DNA of 64,000 bases from a virus. The stretch is from positions 78,130-142,129 of IMG/VR virus record IMGVR_UViG_3300005676_000020; one strand, given 5' to 3'. Shown here in pieces: positions 1 to 8,769 of this stretch (position 1 is the first letter of the stretch; every line of letters begins with the position of its first letter). Both the position numbers and the translations under genes were made by a program. The notes beneath the pieces were generated by a model that saw only the letters and a program-made list of their open reading frames with translations, made no database searches and was not told the DNA's origin.

Positions 1-720
1 CCACTCAACATTCATGGAAGTTTCCACGGTAAAGTCAGTGGTTTTCTGCTTGTTGTTCTTTACAACAATGTTACCAGACGGGTCAAGAACTACATGGTCT
101 CCTTTCTCAATGGCTTCTACCTTACCTACGAACACTACCCGGGTACGGTCACCTTCGGAGATTTCACAGTAGCCACCGTCAAGGACTTCCTTGACCACGG
201 CATTCTGACCGTATGGTACAGTGTTTGCAGAGCCTACTACAGCTCCGAATCCGTTAAGGATAACAGTCTCTCCTTCCTTAACTTCTATGTCGTAAGGTTT
301 TAAAACCTCCTTCAAGGTGCCTCCAGACGAAATGGTTATAGTTTCGACACCTTCCGTTTTAGGCGTTTCAAGCCTTAAATCGGAGATATGTACGTCCACA
401 GTACCCCCCTGAACAGGGAGTATCCTGACAGTCTCTCTGTCTATTACGTTACGTACTTTTGCGTTCGGATAGAACAATCCGTACTTTTCCAGGCTGGCAG
501 CGGCCACCTTTACAGAAGTCCCTTTCTTAAAGTCTTCGATTTCCGGGGGGACTTCCCGGGATATTTTGTTCCCGGTCTTGATTACCACTCCATACGAAAG
601 TGGTACTCCGGTCAACTGTTCAACTTGCTCCTGCAGTTCGCGGTTCTCCTGCTCTAAAGCAAGAATTTCTGATTTCAATCTGTCTAACAGACGTGCTTCT
701 CTTTCTGGTGTCATTTCCAT
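1..720 (-). CDS. ARC/Mpa/PAN-like proteasome-associated AAA+ ATPase, N-terminal 240 aa (partial, runs off window)
   Basis: Not in the ORF track; translated by hand. Open from ATG at 720 to base 1: MEMTPEREARLLDRLKSEILALEQENRELQEQVEQLTGVPLSYGVV (coiled coil plus P-x-x-YG), then OB-fold-like segments (EVKEGETVIL; GQNAVVKEVLDGG...IEKGDHVVLDPSG), ending FTVETSMNVEW, the linker that precedes the AAA domain in ARC/PAN. Confidence 0.7.
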   Translation of the reverse strand, partial: MEMTPEREARLLDRLKSEILALEQENRELQEQVEQLTGVPLSYGVVIKTGNKISREVPPEIEDFKKGTSVKVAAASLEKYGLFYPNAKVRNVIDRETVRILPVQGGTVDVHISDLRLETPKTEGVETITISSGGTLKEVLKPYDIEVKEGETVILNGFGAVVGSANTVPYGQNAVVKEVLDGGYCEISEGDRTRVVFVGKVEAIEKGDHVVLDPSGNIVVKNNKQKTTDFTVETSMNVEW

Positions 721-1067
721 TTCAGTTTATTATTGTTCGGATAAAACCCCACACCAAACCATGGTAGGTTGAAGTTCTGGAAGTTGTTTCTCCATTTTAT
801 CTGAATCTTGAACTTGCACAGTCCTAACGGGACTGAGATTATGATATGGTCTCTACCTGGTTGGTTTTTGGTCATGAACTCGTGAACCCAGGTCTGATTG
901 TACTTACCGCAAGGACATTTCATTCCTTCCTTGGTAGGTATCAATATTTGCGATTTCTCGCAGCCGGCTCTGCCACAGGTGAACGGATGGATGTCCGTCC
1001 TTTTCTGGAACCTTCTAAGATTCTTCAGTTCCTTTTCCGTAAAAGGCGCTTTCCTTGTTTCCGACAT
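711..1067 (-). CDS. hypothetical Cys-containing phage protein
   Basis: HPFTC...C...CPC motif; overlaps the neighbouring minus-strand genes in operon style. Confidence 0.6.
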   Translation of the reverse strand: MSETRKAPFTEKELKNLRRFQKRTDIHPFTCGRAGCEKSQILIPTKEGMKCPCGKYNQTWVHEFMTKNQPGRDHIIISVPLGLCKFKIQIKWRNNFQNFNLPWFGVGFYPNNNKLKWK

Positions 1068-1530
1068 TCTGTAAGTTTTTGAGGTCTTCTAAGGTCAGTT
1101 CTTTAGTTTCACCTGACAGAACCAGTTTTCCTCTCCTCACATCTTCGTCGAAGGTGATTATCAGTGGAGGAGCATCTTCCGGTGAGTTCTCAGCTATTAC
1201 CGCCTGTTCGGACAGATAAGCCATAATTTCCTCGGGAGAAGGGGGTTTGAGAGCTTTAAGTCCAACTCCGTCTTCTACCCCGGACCTGTTGAGAAGCTCA
1301 TTCAACAGGTTATCATCGAATACGCCAAGGAACTCTTCGTTAGTGTCAATTAACGCTACCGTCGGCAGCTCCCACTTTTCCAGCTGTTCCTGGTTTCCTA
1401 TCCGCATTTCCGCCTTTCCGAACCTCATACGGATATAGAAGAATTCGCCTGTATCAAGGCGCCCCTGGTATTGTTCAGGAAGGGCCTCGCAGGTCTTTTT
1501 TGCTTCAACTATCTTCTTCATCTTTACCAC
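1015..1530 (-). CDS. hypothetical protein
   Basis: 171-aa ORF in a tightly packed minus-strand run. Confidence 0.6.
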   Translation of the reverse strand: MVKMKKIVEAKKTCEALPEQYQGRLDTGEFFYIRMRFGKAEMRIGNQEQLEKWELPTVALIDTNEEFLGVFDDNLLNELLNRSGVEDGVGLKALKPPSPEEIMAYLSEQAVIAENSPEDAPPLIITFDEDVRRGKLVLSGETKELTLEDLKNLQNVGNKESAFYGKGTEES

Positions 1531-1891
1531 TTATTGCTTTTCTGATAAGCTCTTCAGCTTGTTTCTGTTTCCGATGCTCAGCAAACTCCTTTCTAACTAT
1601 TTCTTTGAGTTCTTCTTTGGTGTTTGCCGAGTTTCCTATCAGCCCGATTATCTGCTCGACGTCGCATTGGCTGATTTTACCTCTTTCATACAGATTGTAG
1701 TCTGCCTGTATTTTTCCCATTACGTATATGGCATAGTCTCTTTCAGCTCCTTGGTACAGGGCGGCCATGTCGTTTACGTATTTGTTGGCACTGACAGTCT
1801 TCTCTGTATGCATTCTCATAGCCAGTTCAGATATAAGCTCGGCAAATATCTCAACGGCCCTATCTGCGGGTATGTCAAACGCTATGTTCAT
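1505..1891 (-). CDS. hypothetical protein
   Basis: ORF track; packing. Confidence 0.6.
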   Translation of the reverse strand: MNIAFDIPADRAVEIFAELISELAMRMHTEKTVSANKYVNDMAALYQGAERDYAIYVMGKIQADYNLYERGKISQCDVEQIIGLIGNSANTKEELKEIVRKEFAEHRKQKQAEELIRKAISGKDEEDS

Positions 1892-1894
1892 CCG

Positions 1895-2266
1895 TCAAAG
1901 TTTTTGTATTAAGGCATAGTTGTACATGGCAAGAATCGAGAAACACATGATGGCATCTATTAAAACCCATATAGTTTTGAACCTTCTGAGCGACTTTATT
2001 ACGAAAAGCCCTTGCGTCACCGAAACAAATATTATAGACAATACTGCCCAGATATCTGAGCCAAAGAACGCAAGGAATATCCAACCTACGTAGGTTACCT
2101 GACATACTATTATGTATTCTATGAAACCATTTCGCTTGTCTCCTTCTCTCAGATATTCCACCGTCAGCTCTTTTAGCACCCCTATTTTCTTGTAGTGAAT
2201 CATGCAGACAACTTCATAAACCATCATCCAAAGAGTCAGGGTGATCATTAGTACGTTGTAGAACAT
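1895..2266 (-). CDS. hypothetical membrane protein (about 4 TM segments)
   Basis: Several hydrophobic stretches. Confidence 0.6.
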   Translation of the reverse strand: MFYNVLMITLTLWMMVYEVVCMIHYKKIGVLKELTVEYLREGDKRNGFIEYIIVCQVTYVGWIFLAFFGSDIWAVLSIIFVSVTQGLFVIKSLRRFKTIWVLIDAIMCFSILAMYNYALIQKL

Positions 2267-2267
2267 G

Positions 2268-2456
2268 TTAAAATTTTGAAAACCAGAGAAGCTTTCTTAT
2301 TCGGCTTTTCCGGTGGTTAAAATATAGGTTCTTTTTAAACCTCATCTCGCTGCGGCTTGATGGACTCTCCTGAAAGACGTATTGTGACTTTGTGATCCTT
2401 TCGTAAGCCGTCTTCAGGAGAATCTCTTTCAGCCTTACCTCATCATGAGGCTTCAT
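2268..2456 (-). CDS. hypothetical protein
   Basis: ORF track; abuts neighbours. Confidence 0.5.
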   Translation of the reverse strand: MKPHDEVRLKEILLKTAYERITKSQYVFQESPSSRSEMRFKKNLYFNHRKSRIRKLLWFSKF

Positions 2457-2791
2457 ATTACTGCAGGAATTTTTGCAAGGTTAGCTATCCGCGGCCGGTT
2501 GAAGTACGAAACCCAGGCAGAAGTCCGGAATTCCTTCATTGACGGTCCGTCAGCAGCGACTTTTAGGAGCTTTCTCATTGAGAACTTCCGTGCTGTTTCA
2601 TAACAAGGACGGCTGTCGCTATGCAGGCGGATTTCGGTTGATGTCAGAACAGTCTTTCCGTCTTCAGTGGTCAACAAACAGACTGTAGTGTGGGGAGGAC
2701 GGTTCTTTTTTCTTGTCTTACCATCCTTCATTGTCGGGAAGATATACCGCCATTTAATCTGGTAGGTTCTCCCGTTGAATTCAAATTTCAT
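2453..2791 (-). CDS. hypothetical protein
   Basis: ORF track; ATGA overlap with the next gene. Confidence 0.6.
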   Translation of the reverse strand: MKFEFNGRTYQIKWRYIFPTMKDGKTRKKNRPPHTTVCLLTTEDGKTVLTSTEIRLHSDSRPCYETARKFSMRKLLKVAADGPSMKEFRTSAWVSYFNRPRIANLAKIPAVI

Positions 2792-3278
2792 CGTCTTTTC
2801 TTTTTTTTACGATTAATGAATCAATTACTTCTTCTACGATCTCATCGTAAGGTACTTTTCCTTCCGACGCTTTGCTTACCGCCGTGCGGAGCAGGGCGAA
2901 GCATTTTTCCAAGACCATTTCGAATAAAGGGTCCTTTTCCAGCTCAGGTACTTGAGCCAGTATTTTCTTTCTTATCAGAGCAATGTAGTAGCCCTTCTTC
3001 TTTTCGATAGAAAGGTACTGATCCACGGCCCAGTCTCTACTTTCTTCAAGACTTTCCAGTACATCAAAGTAATCTCCAGGATGGCTCATTGTCGCCCTGA
3101 ATATCTCTTTGATTTTTAGCTTTATGCTTACCCGGAGCTTTTGGTTCTTGCTAACTTCCTCTCTTACAAAGACGGAGTCCTGTCCGGGAAATGTTCCATA
3201 CAAAGATTCAACTTGTTCACACACTTTTTTGTATAAAAGGAGCTTGTTTTCTTTGGTTGTAAAGTCAGCCATTTCCAA
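2781..3278 (-). CDS. hypothetical protein
   Basis: ORF track; packing. Confidence 0.6.
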   Translation of the reverse strand: MEMADFTTKENKLLLYKKVCEQVESLYGTFPGQDSVFVREEVSKNQKLRVSIKLKIKEIFRATMSHPGDYFDVLESLEESRDWAVDQYLSIEKKKGYYIALIRKKILAQVPELEKDPLFEMVLEKCFALLRTAVSKASEGKVPYDEIVEEVIDSLIVKKRKDDEI

Positions 3279-3287
3279 TTTTTTAAA

Positions 3288-3307
3288 GGGCCCCTTTCGA
3301 GGCCCCT
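3288..3307 (-). terminator. GC-rich hairpin (terminator-like)
   Basis: Minus strand GGGGCCTCGAAAGGGGCCC followed by TTT. Confidence 0.45.
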
Positions 3308-3392
3308 AAGGTTATACTACAAGGCGATCTCACGACGGCGTTTCCGTTTTTCGGCAAGGGTTCTACCCCTCACTTGGAAACCGCTTATTGCT

Positions 3393-3584
3393 TCAACCAG
3401 TATCGTTGTCGATGCTCGAAACAGCATCGTAATATGTTTCTTCCGGCGTAACTCCTTCATTGACAGACTTTCTGATAACTTCATTCTTGTCGTTGAGTAC
3501 GAGCCACCGGTATTTTCCCTGGTTCTTTTTTACGATGATATAGTGATCACGGTAAAAGTACTTTTGATTGAGTTTTATTTCCAT
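3393..3584 (-). CDS. hypothetical protein
   Basis: ORF track. Confidence 0.55.
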   Translation of the reverse strand: MEIKLNQKYFYRDHYIIVKKNQGKYRWLVLNDKNEVIRKSVNEGVTPEETYYDAVSSIDNDTG

Positions 3585-3819
3585 GTCTTTTACGTTTGCT
3601 GAGTATCCTGACAGCGACCACAGATTGATTGGAAGGGACTAAAAGATTTCTGGTTCGTACGATACCCTCTATGCCCTCGTCAATTTTCTCGAGGTACAGC
3701 TCACGGTGTTTTTCGTCAAACTTACCAATCTCTATGTCCTGTACCTTCTCAAGGTAATGTGTGATTTGCTTAGTCCATTTCTGTACGGTACTCAGATTTT
3801 CTTTTACAACTTGTTCCAT
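3547..3819 (-). CDS. hypothetical protein
   Basis: ORF track. Confidence 0.55.
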   Translation of the reverse strand: MEQVVKENLSTVQKWTKQITHYLEKVQDIEIGKFDEKHRELYLEKIDEGIEGIVRTRNLLVPSNQSVVAVRILSKRKRHGNKTQSKVLLP

Positions 3820-3820
3820 C

Positions 3821-4114
3821 TTATTGATTTGCAGGCATTTGCATCGGTATTTCCGGTGCGGCCATTTTTTCAGATGTATAGAAAGGATGTTGTCCGGTTA
3901 GCATTTCCCCGGTAGCGTCAAGGACGATTTCGGCTTGGCCGTTAGTGTCCAGGAATACGTCAGCTCCATAGTATAGCACACCAGGGAATTCCTCGCTTTC
4001 TTTTACGTCAAAGAAAGGGTCTTCCTTTGGCCCGAAATATCTCAGGAACTGCATCTGTGAAGAGCCTTTAGCCCCTACGAGCAAGGCCCTTCGGCATTCT
4101 AAATGTTTTTTCAT
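3821..4114 (-). CDS. hypothetical protein
   Basis: ORF track. Confidence 0.55.
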   Translation of the reverse strand: MKKHLECRRALLVGAKGSSQMQFLRYFGPKEDPFFDVKESEEFPGVLYYGADVFLDTNGQAEIVLDATGEMLTGQHPFYTSEKMAAPEIPMQMPANQ

Positions 4115-4352
4115 TTCTTCGGTATTGATTTACTCTCCGTTCTATGTTCCACATGCTTGACCAGAGTATCAGGTTCACAGTAGTATGACCGAAAGGCTTT
4201 CCTGTAATGATTTCCAGTATTAGCAGTCCAAGCTGTGTTATTGCAACAGCTGCCGGTGCCCACCAGAGATACTTCTTGAGGGTTACCAAGGATATCACCG
4301 CTGTCAGTATGAACAGGGTGGACATCAGGCTGATTATAGTTGTTATATGCAT
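4068..4352 (-). CDS. hypothetical membrane protein
   Basis: 2-3 hydrophobic helices. Confidence 0.55.
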   Translation of the reverse strand: MHITTIISLMSTLFILTAVISLVTLKKYLWWAPAAVAITQLGLLILEIITGKPFGHTTVNLILWSSMWNIERRVNQYRRNEKTFRMPKGLARRG

Positions 4353-4666
4353 TATAGTCTTTCGATTATTATGTTATTTCTGGCAAATTTTTTGAATTTG
4401 CAGAACCAATAGTATGACGGTATATCAAAGAACCATAGCCAATTCACAAGGTCTCTCTTTTTGGAACGGTGGATAAAGGAGAATCTCTCGAAGGGTTCTA
4501 CGTTCCATATCACGGACGCTCCTTCAGGAGATGCGTGGAAGGTATCGAAGCCCATCTCCCGTTCCCCTCTCTTTAGTCCTGCAAACACTTTAGAGTAGTG
4601 GCGAGACCTGTAGATACTAACAAGGTTTATCGCAATCATGACGATTGCCGGTATTATGTCTTGCAT
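4352..4666 (-). CDS. hypothetical protein with N-terminal TM
   Basis: ORF track. Confidence 0.55.
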   Translation of the reverse strand: MQDIIPAIVMIAINLVSIYRSRHYSKVFAGLKRGEREMGFDTFHASPEGASVIWNVEPFERFSFIHRSKKRDLVNWLWFFDIPSYYWFCKFKKFARNNIIIERL

Positions 4667-5057
4667 AGTGTTCAGCGTTTTTTTCGTTTATGTATTTTTC
4701 GGCCATACGTTCCCTTTCGTCAATGTCTGAATCAAGTTCAGAAAAGCAACCTTCTTCGTACCAGTGGTTGAACTCACCGTCTTGCGTTTCCTGGAGCATC
4801 CAGTAGGTAAATCCTTCATGTTTAGCGGTTCTTATTCCTGTATAGATTGAACCTACCTCCAGCTTTGGAGATCTGGGGTCAGTGCTTGTAGGCAGCCTGA
4901 CGCATAATAGTTTCTTCATTACCTGTCCATTTTGAAATTTCTTTAAATCCAGCCTTTTCGACGCGGTACACCACTGAGTTTTTAGTGTCCACGATGACAT
5001 CCCAAACAGATGTACTTCTATAACGACCTCTGTCGTCAGCAGGCTGTACAAACACAC
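4617..5057 (-). CDS. hypothetical protein (true start probably MKKLLCV near 4919)
   Basis: ORF track; the upstream part overlaps the neighbouring gene. Confidence 0.5.
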   Translation of the reverse strand: MCLYSLLTTEVVIEVHLFGMSSWTLKTQWCTASKRLDLKKFQNGQVMKKLLCVRLPTSTDPRSPKLEVGSIYTGIRTAKHEGFTYWMLQETQDGEFNHWYEEGCFSELDSDIDERERMAEKYINEKNAEHYARHNTGNRHDCDKPC

Positions 5058-5226
5058 TCTGAAACCACGGTTGGTCTATGGAATTGGTGAGTTGGTAAGC
5101 TTCGTCCAAGGTTTGAGCAGCTGAGGCTATGCCAACATAGACATAGTCTTCCGGCCAAACCGGTTCTGTGCCGTAGCCAAAACCTCCCTTACCAGAAGTG
5201 GGGTCATGATGATATACTCTAAACAT
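4879..5226 (-). CDS. YodL-like domain protein
   Basis: TLDEAYQLTN...YRSTSVWDVIV...YRVEKAGFKEI resembles the YodL RSxSVxDV...GF signature. Confidence 0.5.
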   Translation of the reverse strand: MFRVYHHDPTSGKGGFGYGTEPVWPEDYVYVGIASAAQTLDEAYQLTNSIDQPWFQSVFVQPADDRGRYRSTSVWDVIVDTKNSVVYRVEKAGFKEISKWTGNEETIMRQAAYKH

Positions 5227-5227
5227 A

Positions 5228-5608
5228 TTATCTGCTTATTAGAAGTTGAAGTTTGTCCATGTCTAAGAAACAGCTCTTGGCCCCATACAGGTTTCTGTAC
5301 TCATCAGCCAAAGCGGTCATGTCCGTATTCTTCATAAAGGTTTCCACTTCCTCTTTACTCTCAAAAGTCTTTATTATCAATGTATTGGCCCCTGTCAAAT
5401 CTTCATTGTAGATTAGGGTACCTTCCATAAAGTGTTGTATTAACTCAGAGAGTGTAAGCTGAAGGAAATTTTTAAGAGGAAACGGCCTTGCATGTGCTCC
5501 AGGTTTGCCTGTTGGAGCTCTGAGGATTAACGCCTTATTTTTTATGGCGAACTCTACGTCCTCGAAATCTCTCATTTTTTTCATGTCTCGGTCGGTATTT
5601 ATAGTCAA
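5228..5608 (-). CDS. hypothetical protein
   Basis: ORF track. Confidence 0.55.
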   Translation of the reverse strand: MTINTDRDMKKMRDFEDVEFAIKNKALILRAPTGKPGAHARPFPLKNFLQLTLSELIQHFMEGTLIYNEDLTGANTLIIKTFESKEEVETFMKNTDMTALADEYRNLYGAKSCFLDMDKLQLLISR

Positions 5609-5656
5609 CGGCCGCCCACATTGCAGTTAAGAGCCCAAGACTTATCATTAGTTCCA

Positions 5657-5932
5657 TTAGTCTTCTATTTTTATCCACTTACCGGGTTTTATTCCCCAGG
5701 TAATTCTGGCGCCTTGCTGAGCCTTTAAGGCATCTTTTGTGGGTTTTCCGTTAATTGTTTTGTGTTTGTTTTGAACCATGAACCGGATGTCGTCATAGTC
5801 AATATAGCGACAGCCGTTCTGTGCTACCCTTACAGGGTATTCTGTGCCGTCTATCACGGCAGCTCTCCATTTTGGATTGTGAAGCACTTCATGTATGAAG
5901 TGATAGTTCGCTTCAACGTTAACTGTTGTCAT
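5657..5932 (-). CDS. hypothetical protein
   Basis: ORF track. Confidence 0.6.
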   Translation of the reverse strand: MTTVNVEANYHFIHEVLHNPKWRAAVIDGTEYPVRVAQNGCRYIDYDDIRFMVQNKHKTINGKPTKDALKAQQGARITWGIKPGKWIKIED

Positions 5933-6644
5933 TTCTCAGAGTTTTAACGATTATTACGCCATCTTCAATAGTTACATACTCATTATACGGTTCGAACAGG
6001 GCGTCTGTGAACCAGTAATGTTTGTTGGCTTTCGTTTTCACTCCGTCAAGTTTGGTGTGACCGACAATCTGCACTATACCTTCTTTTTGAAAAGGTCTGG
6101 CAGCCATCATCAGAGAACGAGGTCTTATCCAAATGCAACTCTCATTCTGAGAATCCCCGTACGGGTTCATACCACAATGCATAAAAGCCATTGGCTTATA
6201 AAACATCATATCATTGAGAAGGTCAACCATATTTTCTGTCGTCCAACCCTCCTTTCCGAAAACATCGTTCAGAAACTTAGGAGATATGCCGGCATGAGAG
6301 AATATGATGTTTCCCATACGATAAGCTGCTTTGAGTTCAGTTTTGTACAGCCTTAGCTCTGGTTGTATCAGATAGTATCCTACTGGTTGGAAACCGGCTA
6401 TCCCAGAATCACCTACCATGTAGTGGTGATCGTGATTTCCTATAATCATTTCCGTCTCTATCCCAGACTCTTTCTTAAACTGTATTATGTCCAGGAAATT
6501 TCTTACTTGGTCTTCAGTCTCTATGTCAAAGGAGTCGAAATAGTCTCCAAGGAAAATAACTCTGTTAGGAGACTCTTTGTTAACAACCTCTTTCCATAGC
6601 TGACGACCATGCACATCAGGTATCACCACCGTCTTATCAGTCAT
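5919..6644 (-). CDS. calcineurin-like metallophosphoesterase
   Basis: DVHG, GDYFD, GNHD, SHAG and GHT motifs in the expected order. Confidence 0.9.
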   Translation of the reverse strand: MTDKTVVIPDVHGRQLWKEVVNKESPNRVIFLGDYFDSFDIETEDQVRNFLDIIQFKKESGIETEMIIGNHDHHYMVGDSGIAGFQPVGYYLIQPELRLYKTELKAAYRMGNIIFSHAGISPKFLNDVFGKEGWTTENMVDLLNDMMFYKPMAFMHCGMNPYGDSQNESCIWIRPRSLMMAARPFQKEGIVQIVGHTKLDGVKTKANKHYWFTDALFEPYNEYVTIEDGVIIVKTLRNDNS

Positions 6645-6978
6645 CCACTTCCTCCTTTATCATTTTAATTCCGAACCTTTTAAGACTATCTTTCAACTTT
6701 AGCCATTGTTTCCTGTATGTTTCTAGGCGGGAGACGAAGAATCCGATTTTGACCGGATTTTCGATGACGTTTATAAAACTACCATCCACCGTTCCGGGAC
6801 TTTCGAAATATACTTTCGTCACCGTCTTTTGAGCAAAGGTCTTTTTTCTGAAAAACCCTTTCGTCTCAAGTTTCTCCTCAACTTCCCATTTGGTGAGCAT
6901 TATGGGCTCATCATTTTTCATGAGCATACGACCCTTGAACTCTTCAAGAGTCTTTAAAACTTTGTCTGTAGCTTCCAT
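6637..6978 (-). CDS. hypothetical protein
   Basis: ORF track. Confidence 0.6.
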   Translation of the reverse strand: MEATDKVLKTLEEFKGRMLMKNDEPIMLTKWEVEEKLETKGFFRKKTFAQKTVTKVYFESPGTVDGSFINVIENPVKIGFFVSRLETYRKQWLKLKDSLKRFGIKMIKEEVDD

Positions 6979-6992
6979 GCTTTAAAAGTTTA

Positions 6993-7025
6993 AAGAAGGG
7001 GAGTTTTAGCTCCCCTCCTGTTTTT
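6993..7025. terminator. intrinsic terminator-like hairpin
   Basis: AGGGGAG-TTTTAG-CTCCCCT stem-loop with A/T runs on both sides. Confidence 0.55.
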
Positions 7026-7034
7026 CGCCAACAA

Positions 7035-7133
7035 CTATTGAACCGTCTTGAAAAGGTACGGAGGTGTCCCCTTAGGGTTTCCAGAACAACTTGCCATTAA
7101 GGCAGGTATGATAAATAGTAATAACTTTTTCAT
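7035..7133 (-). CDS. small lipoprotein (32 aa; possibly frameshifted)
   Basis: Hand translation MKKLLLFIIPALMASCSGNPKGTPPYLFKTVQ; lipobox MASC. Confidence 0.5.
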   Translation of the reverse strand: MKKLLLFIIPALMASCSGNPKGTPPYLFKTVQ

Positions 7134-7156
7134 ATAAGATTTTTAAGGGTGTAGAT

Positions 7157-7720
7157 TTAGTTTCTGAGTTCTTCAAGAAAAGAAAGAAAATCTTCCATTT
7201 TATAATCATGTTTTGCATAATTTATAAATTGACAGCATAAAACACAATTGTCCACAGTATACCCCTTTGAAGAATCTTTTCTGTCAAGAGACATTTGTTT
7301 TGGTAAACTAAGAGAATAAGTAAAATTCATTGATATTCCTGTATAATAACATAAACCCTTTTGTCTATCCCACATTTCTTGTAAATCTTGGTAATTTATC
7401 GAGAATTCAAGGTTTCTTCTCTTTGCTCCAAGTTTTAATGCGGAAATCATTAATCTAAAGGGATTGTGTTCTTTGTAATATTCTTTTCTATCCTTATCTC
7501 TTTGATAAATATATTCTTTCTTTCTTTGATAATCTTCTTTACATTTTTCTTTATACTCGTTAGTTTTTTGAAATTCCTTATATTTGGCTCTTTTTCTTGC
7601 AAAAGCATCTGGCTTCAACCACAATTCTTTTCTTTTAGGATTTCCTTCTTTGTGAGAATATGCCCAAAAAACTCTGTCCTTTACGGGATGTTTATCCCCT
7701 TGTTTGTATCTTTTTTCCAT
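7157..7720 (-). CDS. HNH/His-Me finger homing endonuclease-like protein
   Basis: GLCYYTG...SLDRKDSSKGYTVDNCVLCCQFINYAK; AT-rich. Start reassigned to ATG 7720, just downstream of its own promoter. Confidence 0.8.
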   Translation of the reverse strand: MEKRYKQGDKHPVKDRVFWAYSHKEGNPKRKELWLKPDAFARKRAKYKEFQKTNEYKEKCKEDYQRKKEYIYQRDKDRKEYYKEHNPFRLMISALKLGAKRRNLEFSINYQDLQEMWDRQKGLCYYTGISMNFTYSLSLPKQMSLDRKDSSKGYTVDNCVLCCQFINYAKHDYKMEDFLSFLEELRN

Positions 7721-7724
7721 AATA

Positions 7725-7756
7725 CAAAGATACAAAATAAGCTACAGAATTCCAAA
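7725..7756 (-). promoter_or_regulatory. Bacteroidota sigmaA-type promoter
   Basis: Minus strand TTTG (7756-7753), 20 nt, TATCTTTG (7732-7725): an exact match to the -33/-7 consensus. Confidence 0.75.
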
Positions 7757-7763
7757 TAAAATT

Positions 7764-8141
7764 CTATACTAATTTTTCTAGAACATACTTAAGTGCAGCT
7801 TCTGTGGCTTCTTCTGGGGAATCATAATTATTAGAAGTAATCTGCACATACTCCCCATCTGTCATTTGGATGCTATAAGAATATTTAGTATTTGTTGATA
7901 TTAAAACCCCTATATAATATCCAAAATTCTCTCTTATCCATTTAATAGCAAGAGAGTGGGTAGGTCTTATTGAGTGAGGGTTATCTTTTTCTTGGTCAAG
8001 TGTGTTATAACAACCAACATATTCCCTCAATTCTTTAGTATTATCTAAATAATAACTTTCAGAATATATATCAAAACCTTTCTCTTTCAGTAACTTACTC
8101 ACCTCAAATGAGCAATAATCCTCAGTTATATTGTTATTCAT
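7764..8141 (-). CDS. hypothetical phage protein (EDYCSFEVSKLLKEKGFD family)
   Basis: ORF track; N-terminal motif I recognise from Bacteroidota phages. Confidence 0.65.
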   Translation of the reverse strand: MNNNITEDYCSFEVSKLLKEKGFDIYSESYYLDNTKELREYVGCYNTLDQEKDNPHSIRPTHSLAIKWIRENFGYYIGVLISTNTKYSYSIQMTDGEYVQITSNNYDSPEEATEAALKYVLEKLV

Positions 8142-8170
8142 GACGAAAGTGTTTAGTGGTTGATTTTATG

Positions 8171-8242
8171 TTCTGCAGGTAGGAGTCGAACCTACAACCT
8201 CCCAGATAAAAGCTAGGGCTCTACCAATTGAGCTACTGCAGA
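8171..8242 (-). tRNA. tRNA-Lys(UUU)
   Basis: TCTGCAG/CTGCAGA acceptor stem, GCTC/GAGC D-stem with TGG loop, CCTAG-CTTTTAT-CTGGG anticodon arm, GTAGG-TTCGACT-CCTAC T-arm; no encoded CCA. Confidence 0.85.
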
Positions 8243-8251
8243 AACCATTAC

Positions 8252-8758
8252 CTACCCAAGGCTCTTTATGTCAGTTATAAAGAAGTAGCCGTCCTCTCTT
8301 TTAGGCTCAGCTTCTGCTTCGTAAGTGACATGATCCAGTTGGGGTACCAGCTTGCTGATACAGGTGAATGGAAGTTGGTCGAACTTACCCTTCGGCTTCT
8401 TTTCCGAATAGATTATTCCGCGGTCTCCGCCGGACATCCAGACACTGTTTTGGTAAGGGTTAAAGAAAATGCTCCCTTCGCCGTCTAAAGACCAGTAACG
8501 CTTTGCGTACTTCTTAAGGTCTTTGACAACCGGGTCAAAGTCTTGTAAGTCAAGGCCTACATGCAAGGTGGCTCCGCCGCCATGACACAGTATTGTGACT
8601 ACAGTCGTGTCCTCACCTACAAAGACCCTGGCTTCTTCGTTTTCGAAATGGTACTTCTTAGACCGAACCCAACGTTGGTCTTTTACATTTTCGGTTAGCA
8701 GGATTACACAATCCTGCGTGGTACAGGCTTCGATTTTGTCTAGTTGGATTATATTCAT
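8252..8758 (-). CDS. hypothetical protein
   Basis: ORF track. Confidence 0.6.
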   Translation of the reverse strand: MNIIQLDKIEACTTQDCVILLTENVKDQRWVRSKKYHFENEEARVFVGEDTTVVTILCHGGGATLHVGLDLQDFDPVVKDLKKYAKRYWSLDGEGSIFFNPYQNSVWMSGGDRGIIYSEKKPKGKFDQLPFTCISKLVPQLDHVTYEAEAEPKREDGYFFITDIKSLG

Positions 8759-8769
8759 TGGTTTAGTTT

